DNA from: Dehalococcoidia bacterium
Lineage (GTDB): Bacteria > Chloroflexota > Dehalococcoidia > GIF9 > AB-539-J10
DNA length: 64,000 nt
Assembly: GCA_034431195.1 (NCBI GenBank)
Contig: DAOUDP010000001.1
Span: 179,385 to 243,384, forward strand
Reading direction: 5' to 3'
Shown here: piece by piece, positions 39,530-49,611 of the stretch
Numbering within the stretch: position 1 is the stretch's first letter
How the letters are laid out: the number at the start of each line of letters is the position of its first letter
Made by a program: the position numbers and the translations under genes
Notes under the pieces: model-generated
The model's database searches: none
What the model was told of the DNA's origin: nothing
What the model saw: the letters and a program-made list of their open reading frames with translations, nothing else

Positions 39530-40288
39530 ATGGCGACGGTAAATTCCTCGATAGCGAAGCAACAAATATCTGAACTTGCCACAAGCGATGTCGAGGCAAT
39601 CAAACATTTAAAACAGGCTATCGCCCAGGGTAAACACTGGTATCTAGCTTTACTCGAAGCCGTCAAGGTATGGGACAGCACTGAAGAGGACTATGACGAC
39701 AGGCATTACCAATACCTCATCGCTAATGAAGCTTTTGATTGGTTACTCCTTGCTCAAAGACTATGTGAGGAGGTTAGCGAGCTCATTCCACATAAAGAGC
39801 TAATTAATCTTCTCTTCTTCGATCAGCAACCGATAGAGCTGACCAAAGACGAGTTCAAGGAACTGATCGGTAATGCTAAATATCTCGCTTATCTCAACTA
39901 CCTATATGGAGTCTTCATGGAAAGACTCCTCGTTTTGACCATCGCTGAAGAGATCCGGAAAAGAAGGCGAACTGCTGGTTTAATCAACGAAGGAAACACA
40001 ATTAATGAAGCATTTCAACATCTTTATGGCGAGAGTGAACAGGAATTGGCGCAGCAGTTTAAAAGGGAGAAGCGTTATCCCAGACGCAGATCTATGAATT
40101 TAAGTGAGCTCAACGAGTTTACCTATTGGTTATTTAAGAAAAGATTAGTCCGCAACGATAAATCTCGCGTTGCCAGCGATACCAAAAAGGCGTTGCTGGC
40201 GTTGTGTCACTATTTAGAACGAAAAGGGGAACGTCTCAAGAACGAAGCTGAGAAATTTCCATCTTCACCCGCTCAAGCTTATCTCTGA
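39530..40288 (+). CDS. hypothetical protein
   Basis: ORF only; its 3' end overlaps the convergent valS 3' end by about 50 nt. Confidence 0.4.
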   Translation: MATVNSSIAKQQISELATSDVEAIKHLKQAIAQGKHWYLALLEAVKVWDSTEEDYDDRHYQYLIANEAFDWLLLAQRLCEEVSELIPHKELINLLFFDQQPIELTKDEFKELIGNAKYLAYLNYLYGVFMERLLVLTIAEEIRKRRRTAGLINEGNTINEAFQHLYGESEQELAQQFKREKRYPRRRSMNLSELNEFTYWLFKKRLVRNDKSRVASDTKKALLALCHYLERKGERLKNEAEKFPSSPAQAYL

Positions 40289-42902
40289 GCTCAGTAAGTC
40301 TTTGCTTTTCCTTTTCAACGACATGCTGTGGCGCTTTCGCCAAAAAATCATTATCGCGTAGCCTGGCGTCGAGCTGACCTATCCTTGCCTCAGTCACCTC
40401 ACGTTCCCTGGTCAACCGTTGCTCCTCAACAGATAAGTCAACCAGGCTTGCCCATGGCAAGATTACCTCGGATTCCTTGAGCACCAGCACAACCGCACGC
40501 CCCACATCACTCTTCCTTTCCCTTCGAGGAGCAACAGCTAACGGATTAACTCGTGCTAGCGTTTTGATTGCTTCAGCTTGGGAAGAAATTTGGGGCAAGA
40601 GTTCATCAGCATAAACCCACGCTTCAATTTGCTTGGCTGCCTCCACCTTATACCGGGCACGAACATTGCGGATGGAACGGATAATTTCTATCACTGAATT
40701 CATCGCTCGTTCCGCTTCAGGGTCTATTGCCCTACTGTCAGCAACAGGGTAGGAAGCTGTCATAATGGAATCAGGCATGTGGCTTTCCTCAGGGAAATGC
40801 TGCTTTACATTTTGCCACAGCTCCTCAGTAACAAAAGGCATGAAAGGATGTAAAAGACGTAATGAGTTTTCCAATACATTCACCAGAAATGGCAAAGGTG
40901 ATGCTGCAGGTTCTACAGGACGGAGGCGCAACTTGGCAATCTCGACATACCAATCACAGAACTCGCCCCACATAAAATCATATATTTGCCAGCAGGCTTC
41001 CCCAAACTCGAACCTCTCCATAAGCCTGTTGACTTCACCTATTACACGGTTGAGACGGCTGACAATCCAGCGGTCTTCCAATAACTGCGGCTCAACCTTT
41101 ATTTCTATAGTCTGTCCTGTTAGTGTCGTTGCATCCACACTTTGGAAAATGAATCTGGCAGCGTTCCACAGCTTGTTGACGAAATTGCGGCTGGATTCCA
41201 CCTTTCCCCTGCCGAGATTTATATCGTTGCCCGGCGTGCTATTGCTGGCAAGGGCAAAGCGCAGAGCATCAACACCATATTCATTGATAGCTTCGGTGGG
41301 ATTAATAACATTCCCGCGTAGCTTGCTCATCTTTTCGCCATGTTCGTCCCGAATCAAGCCGTGAAGATAAACGGTGCGGAATGGTATTTCACCAGTATCC
41401 TCCAGCCCCATCATAATCATCCTTGCCACCCAGAAGAATAGTATGTCATAACCTGTCTCCATCACCGCGCCAGGATAAAAGTAGCGCAGATCCTCGGTAT
41501 CCTCGGGCCAGCCAAGCGTGGAATGCGTCCATAGAGCTGAGCTAAACCACGTATCAAGAACATCGTTATCTTGAACAATCTGACTTGAACCACAGTATGA
41601 GCAGTGAGAAGCAACATCCACGGAAACAGTGAACTCACCACAATCCTGGCAATACCACACCGGAATGCGATGTCCCCACCAGAGTTGTCGGCTAATACAC
41701 CAATCCTTGATATTTTCCATCCATTCAAAGTATATCTTGGTGAACCGCTCCGGTATTATAATTATGTCACCTTCCCTGACCGTCCTTATAGCCTTTTCTG
41801 CTAAAGGCTTGGTGCGAATAAACCATTGCAGGCTAACCCTGGGCTCAACCATTGTTTGACAGCGAATACAATGCCCCACTGAATGCAAATAAGGCTCTAT
41901 TCTCTCCAACAGGCCTTTTCCCTTCAACTCATCCACCACCATATCCCGACAGGCAAATCTCTCCAGCCCAGCGTAAGGACCGGCATTCTCATTCAGAGTG
42001 GCATCGGGGTTCATAATATCCGCCAGCGGCAGATTATGTCTCTGCCCTACTTCGAAGTCTGTGGGGTCATGCGCCGGGGTTATCTTCAACACTCCGGTGC
42101 CAAAAGATACATCCACGGCATCATCGGCAATAACGGGAATCTGCTTATCTATGATAGGAAGCACTACTTTCTTACCTACCAAATCTTTGTATCGCGCATC
42201 TTCAGGATTCACCGCTACCGCAGTATCACCAAAGAAAGTCTCGGGACGGGTGGTAGCTACAGTGATAAAACCACTTTCGTCTGCTAAAGGATAACGAATG
42301 TAATAAAGATGCCCGTTAATCTCCTTGTGTTCCACCTCCAGGTCAGAAAGAGCAGTCTGACACCGGGGACACCAGTTTATAATGCGCTCTCCCCGGTAAA
42401 TCAGCCCTTTGTTATACAAGTTGACAAAGGCGGTGCGGACTGCCTTGCTCGGCCCCTCATCCAGGGTGAATCGCTCGCGCGTCCAATCACATGAAGCCCC
42501 CAGCATCTGATGCTGGAGGTTGATACTCTCCCTGCTGTTATTTGCCCATTCCCAGGCCAGTTGGAGGAATTTTCCCCTGCCTACATCCCTTCTGGTCACC
42601 GATTGCTCTGCCAATCGCTGCTCCACCACTACCTGTGTAGCAATGCCAGCATGGTCAGTTCCAGGTAACCATAATGTAGGTTCCCCCTTCATGCGCTGCC
42701 ACCTGACCATCACATCCTCCAGGGTAGTAGTAAGAGCATGCCCCAGGTGGAGCTCACCGGTAACATTTGGCGGTGGCATGATAATAACGAAAGGCTTCTT
42801 CTTGAGGTTTATCTCAGGGGTAAAGTAGCCCTGCTTGAGCCAGAAGTTGTACCAGTTTTTCTCTATTTTACCTGGCTCATAAGCTTTAGGAATTTCAGGC
42901 AT
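40236..42902 (-). CDS. valS: valyl-tRNA synthetase
   Basis: PPNVTGELHLGHA (HIGH) and KMSKLRGN (KMSKS) motifs; C-terminal coiled coil; 888 aa. Confidence 0.95.
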   Translation of the reverse strand: MPEIPKAYEPGKIEKNWYNFWLKQGYFTPEINLKKKPFVIIMPPPNVTGELHLGHALTTTLEDVMVRWQRMKGEPTLWLPGTDHAGIATQVVVEQRLAEQSVTRRDVGRGKFLQLAWEWANNSRESINLQHQMLGASCDWTRERFTLDEGPSKAVRTAFVNLYNKGLIYRGERIINWCPRCQTALSDLEVEHKEINGHLYYIRYPLADESGFITVATTRPETFFGDTAVAVNPEDARYKDLVGKKVVLPIIDKQIPVIADDAVDVSFGTGVLKITPAHDPTDFEVGQRHNLPLADIMNPDATLNENAGPYAGLERFACRDMVVDELKGKGLLERIEPYLHSVGHCIRCQTMVEPRVSLQWFIRTKPLAEKAIRTVREGDIIIIPERFTKIYFEWMENIKDWCISRQLWWGHRIPVWYCQDCGEFTVSVDVASHCSYCGSSQIVQDNDVLDTWFSSALWTHSTLGWPEDTEDLRYFYPGAVMETGYDILFFWVARMIMMGLEDTGEIPFRTVYLHGLIRDEHGEKMSKLRGNVINPTEAINEYGVDALRFALASNSTPGNDINLGRGKVESSRNFVNKLWNAARFIFQSVDATTLTGQTIEIKVEPQLLEDRWIVSRLNRVIGEVNRLMERFEFGEACWQIYDFMWGEFCDWYVEIAKLRLRPVEPAASPLPFLVNVLENSLRLLHPFMPFVTEELWQNVKQHFPEESHMPDSIMTASYPVADSRAIDPEAERAMNSVIEIIRSIRNVRARYKVEAAKQIEAWVYADELLPQISSQAEAIKTLARVNPLAVAPRRERKSDVGRAVVLVLKESEVILPWASLVDLSVEEQRLTREREVTEARIGQLDARLRDNDFLAKAPQHVVEKEKQRLTELRDKLERVKMEISQLRS

Positions 42903-42921
42903 GTTTAATGATTCTCCCTAC

Positions 42922-43107
42922 TCAAGGCTTTGGAATTTCCAAGTCTTTGCAGATCTTCTTTATCAAAAAGTCATTAATCTCTCGATGGCGAGGGACAGTG
43001 GAGGTTCTGTTATTGGCTGGATTATAAAATACACTGTGCTTGCTACCTTCTCGGAATAATTGGCATCCTTGGTTATAAAGGTGCCTCAGCAAATCCCTTC
43101 GTTTCAT
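42922..43107 (-). CDS. hicA: HicA-family toxin
   Basis: 61 aa LLRHLYNQGCQLFREGSKHSVFYNPANNRTSTVPRHREIN, the YcfA/HicA pattern. Confidence 0.7.
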   Translation of the reverse strand: MKRRDLLRHLYNQGCQLFREGSKHSVFYNPANNRTSTVPRHREINDFLIKKICKDLEIPKP

Positions 43108-43116
43108 TCAACGGGC

Positions 43117-43338
43117 TCATATCTCTATGGTGATAGGCTCTTTGGTGACGACGGTATCTGCTTGGCTTTTTGCTGCGAGGTCCCTATTGGCTTCGATAAT
43201 TAAGTGCAGAGCTTCTTTAAGGTTTTCTCTCACCTCTTTCAAGGTTCTCCCCTGGGTATTTACCCCAGGAAGCTCCTCCACATAACCGATATACCAGTTA
43301 CCCCTTTTCTCAATAACGCTGGTGAACTCTCGTTGCAT
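43117..43338 (-). CDS. hicB: HicB-family antitoxin (UPF0150)
   Basis: 73 aa EKRGNWYIGYVEELPGVNTQGRTLKEVRENLKEAL, the HicB/UPF0150 pattern; upstream of hicA. Confidence 0.7.
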   Translation of the reverse strand: MQREFTSVIEKRGNWYIGYVEELPGVNTQGRTLKEVRENLKEALHLIIEANRDLAAKSQADTVVTKEPITIEI

Positions 43339-43350
43339 CTTCTCAACTCC

Positions 43351-44442
43351 TTACTCTGTTTTAAGGCGGTAGCGCTTCATTGGCTCAATGACTTCAAAAA
43401 CCACTTTATCCCCCACTTTTACTGTCGGGTGCTGTCTATACCATCCTGCTAGCTTTGCTTGGATGTAAGTCCCCCCATGTGGGTCACCAATCTGAGTTCC
43501 TTCTTTGTCTGAAGTGACATAAGTTTCGATTTCACCCACGTCTGTCTCCAATTTAAAAGGAACCTTATAGCCAGGGAAAAAACTCCGTTCAGACTTTGGG
43601 ATCACAAAAAGGTGAAATTTTATGAATGAAGGGTTTCGCACAGTAATTTCGATTGTCGGAAGCTTGTCTCCTCTTATCCAACTTTTGGCCTGTTCTAGCG
43701 AGCGGAGGCCTCGAGCAATTTCGGCCCTCTGAGGGAGCTTCCCGATAGAGTATTCCCCCTTTTTTTCGTATATTTCATAATCACCCACAATATCGACTAG
43801 CGTATACCCCTCACCTTGCCAACCAATTTCCCTCTTTTCCTCTTTTTTGTCTTCGTATAATGGCCCAAATAAATGTGCATGTACATCCAAACCAACGCCT
43901 GCTCTAATAAAAGTTTGAAACTCTACAATTTTAATTTGAGAGTGGGCAAGTGCGCCGATAGCTTCGTCTAACTGCTCTGTGCGTTTTTCTATAATGATTG
44001 TTACCACTGGTGATTTTGAGAGCAGGTCTGAAAGGAATTTATAGGTTTCGGTTGTCCCAATCGCCTTTTTTAAGCGAAGTCTAACAAACTCATCGCTATC
44101 TATCTCCTGGTAGATAGCACTAACTATGTCTTTTTGAGTTGAAGGATTTTTAATCCCGTTAATGAACCTGCTAACTTGCGGAACTATATGTTCATATAAT
44201 GGATGAGAGGATAGTTCTACTTCAACGATGTGCCAATGAGGTTCGTCTCCAAAAATAATCACATATCCATCAGGTATGGAGCCAATCCCCGATTTCGTTC
44301 TTAGCTTATGTTTTATATCAAGGTATATAGATTGCTCGCCGAAGATGTCTTTGGCGTGCTCCTTGACGACTTTCTCAAAGTCATATTCATTTTGAGGTGT
44401 CCACGCTTCATACCTCACGCCATCTATCACGACTATTCGCAT
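43351..44442 (-). CDS. hypothetical protein, possible restriction-endonuclease-like N-terminal domain
   Basis: IPDGYVIIFGDEPHWHIVEVELS resembles PD-(D/E)xK/HsdR_N-like cores; otherwise unassigned. Confidence 0.35.
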   Translation of the reverse strand: MRIVVIDGVRYEAWTPQNEYDFEKVVKEHAKDIFGEQSIYLDIKHKLRTKSGIGSIPDGYVIIFGDEPHWHIVEVELSSHPLYEHIVPQVSRFINGIKNPSTQKDIVSAIYQEIDSDEFVRLRLKKAIGTTETYKFLSDLLSKSPVVTIIIEKRTEQLDEAIGALAHSQIKIVEFQTFIRAGVGLDVHAHLFGPLYEDKKEEKREIGWQGEGYTLVDIVGDYEIYEKKGEYSIGKLPQRAEIARGLRSLEQAKSWIRGDKLPTIEITVRNPSFIKFHLFVIPKSERSFFPGYKVPFKLETDVGEIETYVTSDKEGTQIGDPHGGTYIQAKLAGWYRQHPTVKVGDKVVFEVIEPMKRYRLKTE

Positions 44443-44446
44443 CGGC

Positions 44447-45652
44447 TTATCTTTTACCTCGCGTTTTTTTGCTTAAAAGCTTCGCCACTTTGTCCAGAAC
44501 TTTGTCAGCCACCTCTTTTTTGTGAAGAAGCGGCAGGCTTTCAGCTTTGCCACCCTTGCCAATTATGGTTACTTGATTGCTATCGGTGCCGAACCCACTA
44601 CCCTCAGCAGTAACGTCATTAGCTACAATAAGGTCAAGGTTTTTTCGTCGCAATTTTCGTGTGGCATTTTCCACCAGATTTTCACTTTCAGCGGCAAAAC
44701 CTACTCTGATGAAATCTCCTTTAACCTCGCCCAAAATATCTGGCGTGCGTTCCAACTCCAGGGTTAATCCAGCACCTTCTTTCTTAATCTTTTCTTTGGC
44801 TTTAGTCTTGGGGCGGTAATCCGCTACCGCTGCTGCCATAACTAAAACATCAGCCCCAGAAATAGCGCTTCTCACCGCCTGAAGCATCTCTTCAGCAGTG
44901 CAAACATCAATTACTTCAGCACCAACAGGCCTGGTGAGCAAGGTGGGACCGGTAATCAACGTTACCTTAGCTCCCCGATCACGAGCAGCCTCAGCAAGGG
45001 CATAACCCATCTTCCCTGAAGAGCGGTTAGTGATAATACGAACCGGGTCAATAAATTCTTGCGTGCCACCAGCAGTAACCACGATATGCCTATCGGCAAA
45101 GCTTCCTCCCCTACCCAGTACTTGAGAAATAACACCTATTATCTCCACAGTATTGGCAAACCGTCCCAGACCCTCCACCCCCGAAAGCAACTTGCCGAAC
45201 TTTGGTCCTACAAAGATGAAGCCACGCTTCTTTAGCCTGGACACATTCTCCTGTGTAACGGGATTCTCATACATGTTCACATCCATGGCTGGCGCTATTA
45301 CTACAGGTGCATTGGTTGCTAACACCGTGCAACACAGCACATCATCAGCAATGCCAGTAGCTAACTTAGCAATGACATTAGCTGTGGCTGGAGCGATAGC
45401 AACTACATCAGCAGCTCTAGCCAGAGCAATATGGGTAACATTAAGTTCCGAAGAGGCATCAAACATGTCGGTCGCCACAGTCCTTCCGGTAATAGCACGA
45501 AAACTGAGCGGAGATACAAACCTGGTAGCCTTTTCAGTCATAACTACATCCACCTTGACCCCTGCCCTGCTGAGCTGGCTAGCAATATCCACTGCCTTAT
45601 AAGCAGCGATGCTCCCTGTTACTCCCAGGATTACCGTCTTTCCTTCAAGCAT
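44447..45652 (-). CDS. coaBC: bifunctional phosphopantothenoylcysteine decarboxylase / phosphopantothenate-cysteine ligase
   Basis: KTVILGVTGSIAAYKAVDIASQL flavoprotein N-terminus plus a C-terminal CoaB domain; 401 aa. Confidence 0.9.
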   Translation of the reverse strand: MLEGKTVILGVTGSIAAYKAVDIASQLSRAGVKVDVVMTEKATRFVSPLSFRAITGRTVATDMFDASSELNVTHIALARAADVVAIAPATANVIAKLATGIADDVLCCTVLATNAPVVIAPAMDVNMYENPVTQENVSRLKKRGFIFVGPKFGKLLSGVEGLGRFANTVEIIGVISQVLGRGGSFADRHIVVTAGGTQEFIDPVRIITNRSSGKMGYALAEAARDRGAKVTLITGPTLLTRPVGAEVIDVCTAEEMLQAVRSAISGADVLVMAAAVADYRPKTKAKEKIKKEGAGLTLELERTPDILGEVKGDFIRVGFAAESENLVENATRKLRRKNLDLIVANDVTAEGSGFGTDSNQVTIIGKGGKAESLPLLHKKEVADKVLDKVAKLLSKKTRGKR

Positions 45653-46436
45653 GATGCTCCTTTCGCCCCTCCACTTTGTTCATTTCATAGATAAGACGCA
45701 GCCCAACTAGCGACAAATCAGGATTTATTACCTTTATCCGTGACGTTGCCTCAGCCAAAAGGTGGGCATATCCCCCCGTAGCTATCACCTTTACCTTACT
45801 CCCTAATTCCTGTTCTATACGATTAATCATACCCTCAACAAGCCCTATATATCCAAATATTATACCTGATTGCATCGCAGAAATCGTATTCCGGCCAATA
45901 ACTTGCGTGGGGCGAACTAACTCCACCCGGGGTAACATGGCAGTGCGGGAAAATAGTGCTTCGGTAGAAATGGTGACTCCCGGTGAAATGGCTCCACCTA
46001 GATAATCACCTTCTTCAGAAATAACATCAAAAGTAGTAGCAGTGCCAAAGTCAATAACAACCGCCGGACCCCCATAAAGATGATGAGCAGCAACAGCATT
46101 CACCACACGGTCAGGACCGAGTTCTCGGGGGTTATCCACGGAAAGGCGTATCCCCGTTTTAACCCCCGCTTCAACTATTAAAGGGAGAATATTCAGGTAT
46201 TTCCGGCACATCCCCTGAAAAACGGGGGTCAACGGTGGAACAACGCTGCACGTCGCTCCCCCGGTGATTCTCGAAATAGGCAACTTTTTCTGCTTGAGAA
46301 AGGCAACCAACAAAGCACCATATTCATCCGCCTCGCGCTGTATGCTTGTGGCTAATCGCCAAGTAGCCTTAAGCTTCTCACCATCAAATACACCTATGGC
46401 GATGCTGCTGTTTCCAATATCAATAGCCAGTAACAT
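45645..46436 (-). CDS. coaX: type III pantothenate kinase
   Basis: MLLAIDIGNSSIAIGVF...; typical CoaX length of 263 aa. Confidence 0.9.
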   Translation of the reverse strand: MLLAIDIGNSSIAIGVFDGEKLKATWRLATSIQREADEYGALLVAFLKQKKLPISRITGGATCSVVPPLTPVFQGMCRKYLNILPLIVEAGVKTGIRLSVDNPRELGPDRVVNAVAAHHLYGGPAVVIDFGTATTFDVISEEGDYLGGAISPGVTISTEALFSRTAMLPRVELVRPTQVIGRNTISAMQSGIIFGYIGLVEGMINRIEQELGSKVKVIATGGYAHLLAEATSRIKVINPDLSLVGLRLIYEMNKVEGRKEHHA

Positions 46437-46441
46437 AACAG

Positions 46442-48004
46442 CTAACCTTCTCTCAATGCCTTGATTACCCTGGGCAAAACAGGTAGCAAATCAGTGGCAA
46501 TTACCCCGGCATCACCCAGCTCCTCGGCGACAATGTCACCCGCTCGAGAATGAAGATACACCCCACAGGCAGCAGCATCGAAAAGAGAAAGCCGTTGCGC
46601 CGCTAATCCAGCTATTGCGCCAGCGAGGACATCCCCCGTCCCCGCTGAAGCTAAAGCAGGATTTGCAGCATTATTCACTTTAGCTTCCCCATTTGGAGCA
46701 GCCACAACCGTGTTAGCTCCTTTAAGCACAACGGTTTTCCCCCATTCCTTTGCTGAGCGTTGCGTTATTGATAACCTACTTTCCTGAACTTCTTTTGCCG
46801 AAATTCCCAACAATCTCGCCATCTCCCCAGGATGCGGCGTAAGGATAGCATCCCGCCTTAACTTTCGCCACCACTGAGGCATTTGAGCCAAGGTATTAAC
46901 AGCATCGGCATCCAGAATTAGACAGTTGACAGCTGACAGCTGACAGCTATCAGTTAGCAAAGACTTGACGAATTCTACCGTCTCAGGATGCTGTCCCAAT
47001 CCACAGCCAAGAAGCAATACGTCGTAATTGCTAAGCTCCAATTGTAGCGTAGAGGTTGCCTGTGAACCAATCACCCCCGTCTTAGCTTCAGGCAGTGGGA
47101 TATAGGTTGTCTCGGTCAATTTAGACGCCAGGATAGGCTGGAGGCTGCTGGCGGTAGCTAGAGTTACTAATCCAGCACCCACTCTGGCGGCACCCATACA
47201 GGCAAGATAAGCAGCGCCGATGTAGTTAACCGAGCCAGCAATGACCAATACTTTCCCAAAACTACCTTTATGGGCATTCAAAGGACGCTGGGGCAAAGTT
47301 TCCCTTACCCACTGCTCGGTTATCAATTCCACATCTATATCATGAACCAAATCTCGTGGAATTCCAATGTCAGCAATAACGAGCTTGCCCACTTTCTCGG
47401 CGCCAGGAAAACTGAATAACCCAATTTTGGGATAACCGAAGGTAACAGTGATGTCAGCGTATGGACAACTCGGCTCTACTTCGCCAGTATCGGAGTTGAG
47501 CCCTGAGGGTAAATCAACAGTCACCAGGACAGGCTTTGACTTCGTTCCCTTAACCATAGAGACATTTTGCAATACTTCCTTGAATATCCCTTCAATAGGG
47601 CGGATTTTGCCAATGCCAAAAAGGGCGTCAATGATGACATCAGCCGCAGATATGGAAGCACGCAGGTCAGCGAGAGCCCTACCTTCATAAGCGGGGATAA
47701 TAGGTATCCCGCATTGCATAGCTAGTTTAAGGTTCTTATCATTCTGCGCCCTGGAAGCACAAAGGCAAATATTGACCTTAGCTCCCCAGTCATGGAGATA
47801 ACGCGCAGCTACCAAGCCGTCGCCACCGTTATTGCCAGGACCAACCAGAACCAACACCCTTTTACCAACAGCGCTATGCAATACTTGCTTAACCTGTGCA
47901 GCTACGGCGTTGCCGGCATTTTCCATGAGCATTTCCAATGAAACGCCCAAATTAACAGCTTGATTTTCAATTTGCCTCACTTGGTCAGCAGTGACGATTT
48001 TCAT
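46442..48004 (-). CDS. nnr: bifunctional NAD(P)H-hydrate epimerase / ADP-dependent dehydratase (YjeF family)
   Basis: GPGNNGGDGLVAARYL (YjeF_N) plus a C-terminal carbohydrate-kinase-like domain with GTGDVLAG. Confidence 0.85.
   Translation of the reverse strand: MKIVTADQVRQIENQAVNLGVSLEMLMENAGNAVAAQVKQVLHSAVGKRVLVLVGPGNNGGDGLVAARYLHDWGAKVNICLCASRAQNDKNLKLAMQCGIPIIPAYEGRALADLRASISAADVIIDALFGIGKIRPIEGIFKEVLQNVSMVKGTKSKPVLVTVDLPSGLNSDTGEVEPSCPYADITVTFGYPKIGLFSFPGAEKVGKLVIADIGIPRDLVHDIDVELITEQWVRETLPQRPLNAHKGSFGKVLVIAGSVNYIGAAYLACMGAARVGAGLVTLATASSLQPILASKLTETTYIPLPEAKTGVIGSQATSTLQLELSNYDVLLLGCGLGQHPETVEFVKSLLTDSCQLSAVNCLILDADAVNTLAQMPQWWRKLRRDAILTPHPGEMARLLGISAKEVQESRLSITQRSAKEWGKTVVLKGANTVVAAPNGEAKVNNAANPALASAGTGDVLAGAIAGLAAQRLSLFDAAACGVYLHSRAGDIVAEELGDAGVIATDLLPVLPRVIKALREG
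46926..46955. repeat. variant copy of the GACAGCT-repeat element inside nnr
   Basis: TTGACAGCTGACAGCTGACAGCTATCAGTT: three GACAGCT units versus two in the purC and ileS copies. Confidence 0.7.
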
Positions 48005-48489
48005 TTCTCTTCCTTGGCAAGCTCCTCCAGTTCCTTACTCATCCTTTGCCAGTGAGTGCCCTGCCAATAGATACGGTGGCATACTGGACATTCCATATAG
48101 TGCTCCTGGGTCTTGAACACATAAGGCGGAACTAAACTCCGCACTTCCTCCCTACTTTTTGGCATTAGTGGCTGGTTACATTCCAGACAAAGAGAGAAGG
48201 GTTTACGATGATAATCTAAATCTAATCTTGTAACCACTTCCTGCAATTGAGCTTTGGGATTATCGTGTTTAATCAATACAGCCTTCAGCCTGCCACTGGT
48301 AACCAACCGCCTTACCATGATTTGGGTGTCCTTGGTCAGAATCGTCCTGTCCTCTTTAACCGCAATTTTAATCAGTTTCCCATCATCCCTTTCATCAAAA
48401 AACAAGGTATCATAGCCAATAATCCTGAGCCATTTAGCTAATTTACCAACGTTATTATCTGCGATGAACTTCATCAGTTTGGAAGGCAA
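48001..48489 (-). CDS. Mut7-C RNase domain (PIN-like) protein with a C-terminal zinc ribbon
   Basis: FIADNNVGKLAKWLRIIGYDTLF N-terminal signature; C-terminal CLECNQ...CPVCHRIYW. Confidence 0.65.
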   Translation of the reverse strand: MPSKLMKFIADNNVGKLAKWLRIIGYDTLFFDERDDGKLIKIAVKEDRTILTKDTQIMVRRLVTSGRLKAVLIKHDNPKAQLQEVVTRLDLDYHRKPFSLCLECNQPLMPKSREEVRSLVPPYVFKTQEHYMECPVCHRIYWQGTHWQRMSKELEELAKEEK

Positions 48490-48516
48490 AAGAGCCCGCT
48501 CTAAATCAAGGGATAC

Positions 48517-49479
48517 TTACAACCATTTTCGGCGGCGAGCGTAAACAATCATGCCTACACCGATAAATGCCATAACTAAAAGCAACATGCCTAAGGGTAA
48601 AAGATTGCCTGACTCCAGTCCACCTGGTAGGGGGATGTTCATACCGTAAATGCTAGCCACCAATGTAGCTGGTGCTATGATTGCCATGATAATAGTCAAA
48701 ACGCGCATTATCTCTTGGATGCGATTTGAGGTTAACCAATTGCTAGTCTCAGCAAGCCCGTCAACGACTTCCTTGCTATCCTCAAGTCCATCCCAGATTT
48801 TACGGGTATGGTCAGCAATATCACCAAAATAAGCTTCCTGGTCTTCTTTAAAGAAAGGATATTCCTCCTTCTCCAGCGTCTCGATTACCCGTATCTGGGG
48901 ATGGATAACCCGGCGAAAAGAGATAAGGTCATGCCGAATCACGGAGATCTCTTGAACAGTCTTTGGAACAGCTTTGGCGAAGATAACATTCTCCACATCA
49001 TCAATGCTCTCGGTAATCTTACCCAGGATGGGGAAGCAATAGTTAACCAACCTATCGAGAACATGGTAGAACAGAAAACCGGAGCTTCGTCCTAAATAGG
49101 CGCGTCGCTTCTCTTCATTAATCTGACACTCCCTGAAGAACTTAGCCAGTGGCTTGAGGTCAGCAGAACAATGCACAGTGACAAGATAATTTTCCCCGAC
49201 AAAAACATCTACCTCGCTCGGTCTCGTTATCTTATTCTCCTTATCAAACACAGGAAAATGGAGTACTACGAATAAATGGTCATCATATTCGTCGATTTTA
49301 GGGCGCTGGATACGGCTCAAGACGTCATCCAGGTTAAGGGGATGGAATTTGAAACGCTGCTTTAAAAATTCAACCTCAGCGGCAGAGGGCTTTTCAATAT
49401 AGAACCAGGTCAACTTACCTTCGCTAATTGATTGTATATTTAGTTCCTTTTCTTTGGTTACCGCCATTGATATCCCCAC
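48517..49479 (-). CDS. corA: CorA-family magnesium/cobalt transporter
   Basis: Two C-terminal TM helices with a YGMN motif (SIYGMNIPLPG). Confidence 0.8.
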   Translation of the reverse strand: MGISMAVTKEKELNIQSISEGKLTWFYIEKPSAAEVEFLKQRFKFHPLNLDDVLSRIQRPKIDEYDDHLFVVLHFPVFDKENKITRPSEVDVFVGENYLVTVHCSADLKPLAKFFRECQINEEKRRAYLGRSSGFLFYHVLDRLVNYCFPILGKITESIDDVENVIFAKAVPKTVQEISVIRHDLISFRRVIHPQIRVIETLEKEEYPFFKEDQEAYFGDIADHTRKIWDGLEDSKEVVDGLAETSNWLTSNRIQEIMRVLTIIMAIIAPATLVASIYGMNIPLPGGLESGNLLPLGMLLLVMAFIGVGMIVYARRRKWL

Positions 49480-49611
49480 ATATTGCGAAGTCTTGGTTAA
49501 ATAATAAATCTAACCAGGTGATATTTACAATACCAAGCTCAATAAAAACCAACCTGGTAAGTGAACTCCTTTGCCAGGCTGGAGAACTTCTGTTACCTGC
49601 ATCACAAACTA

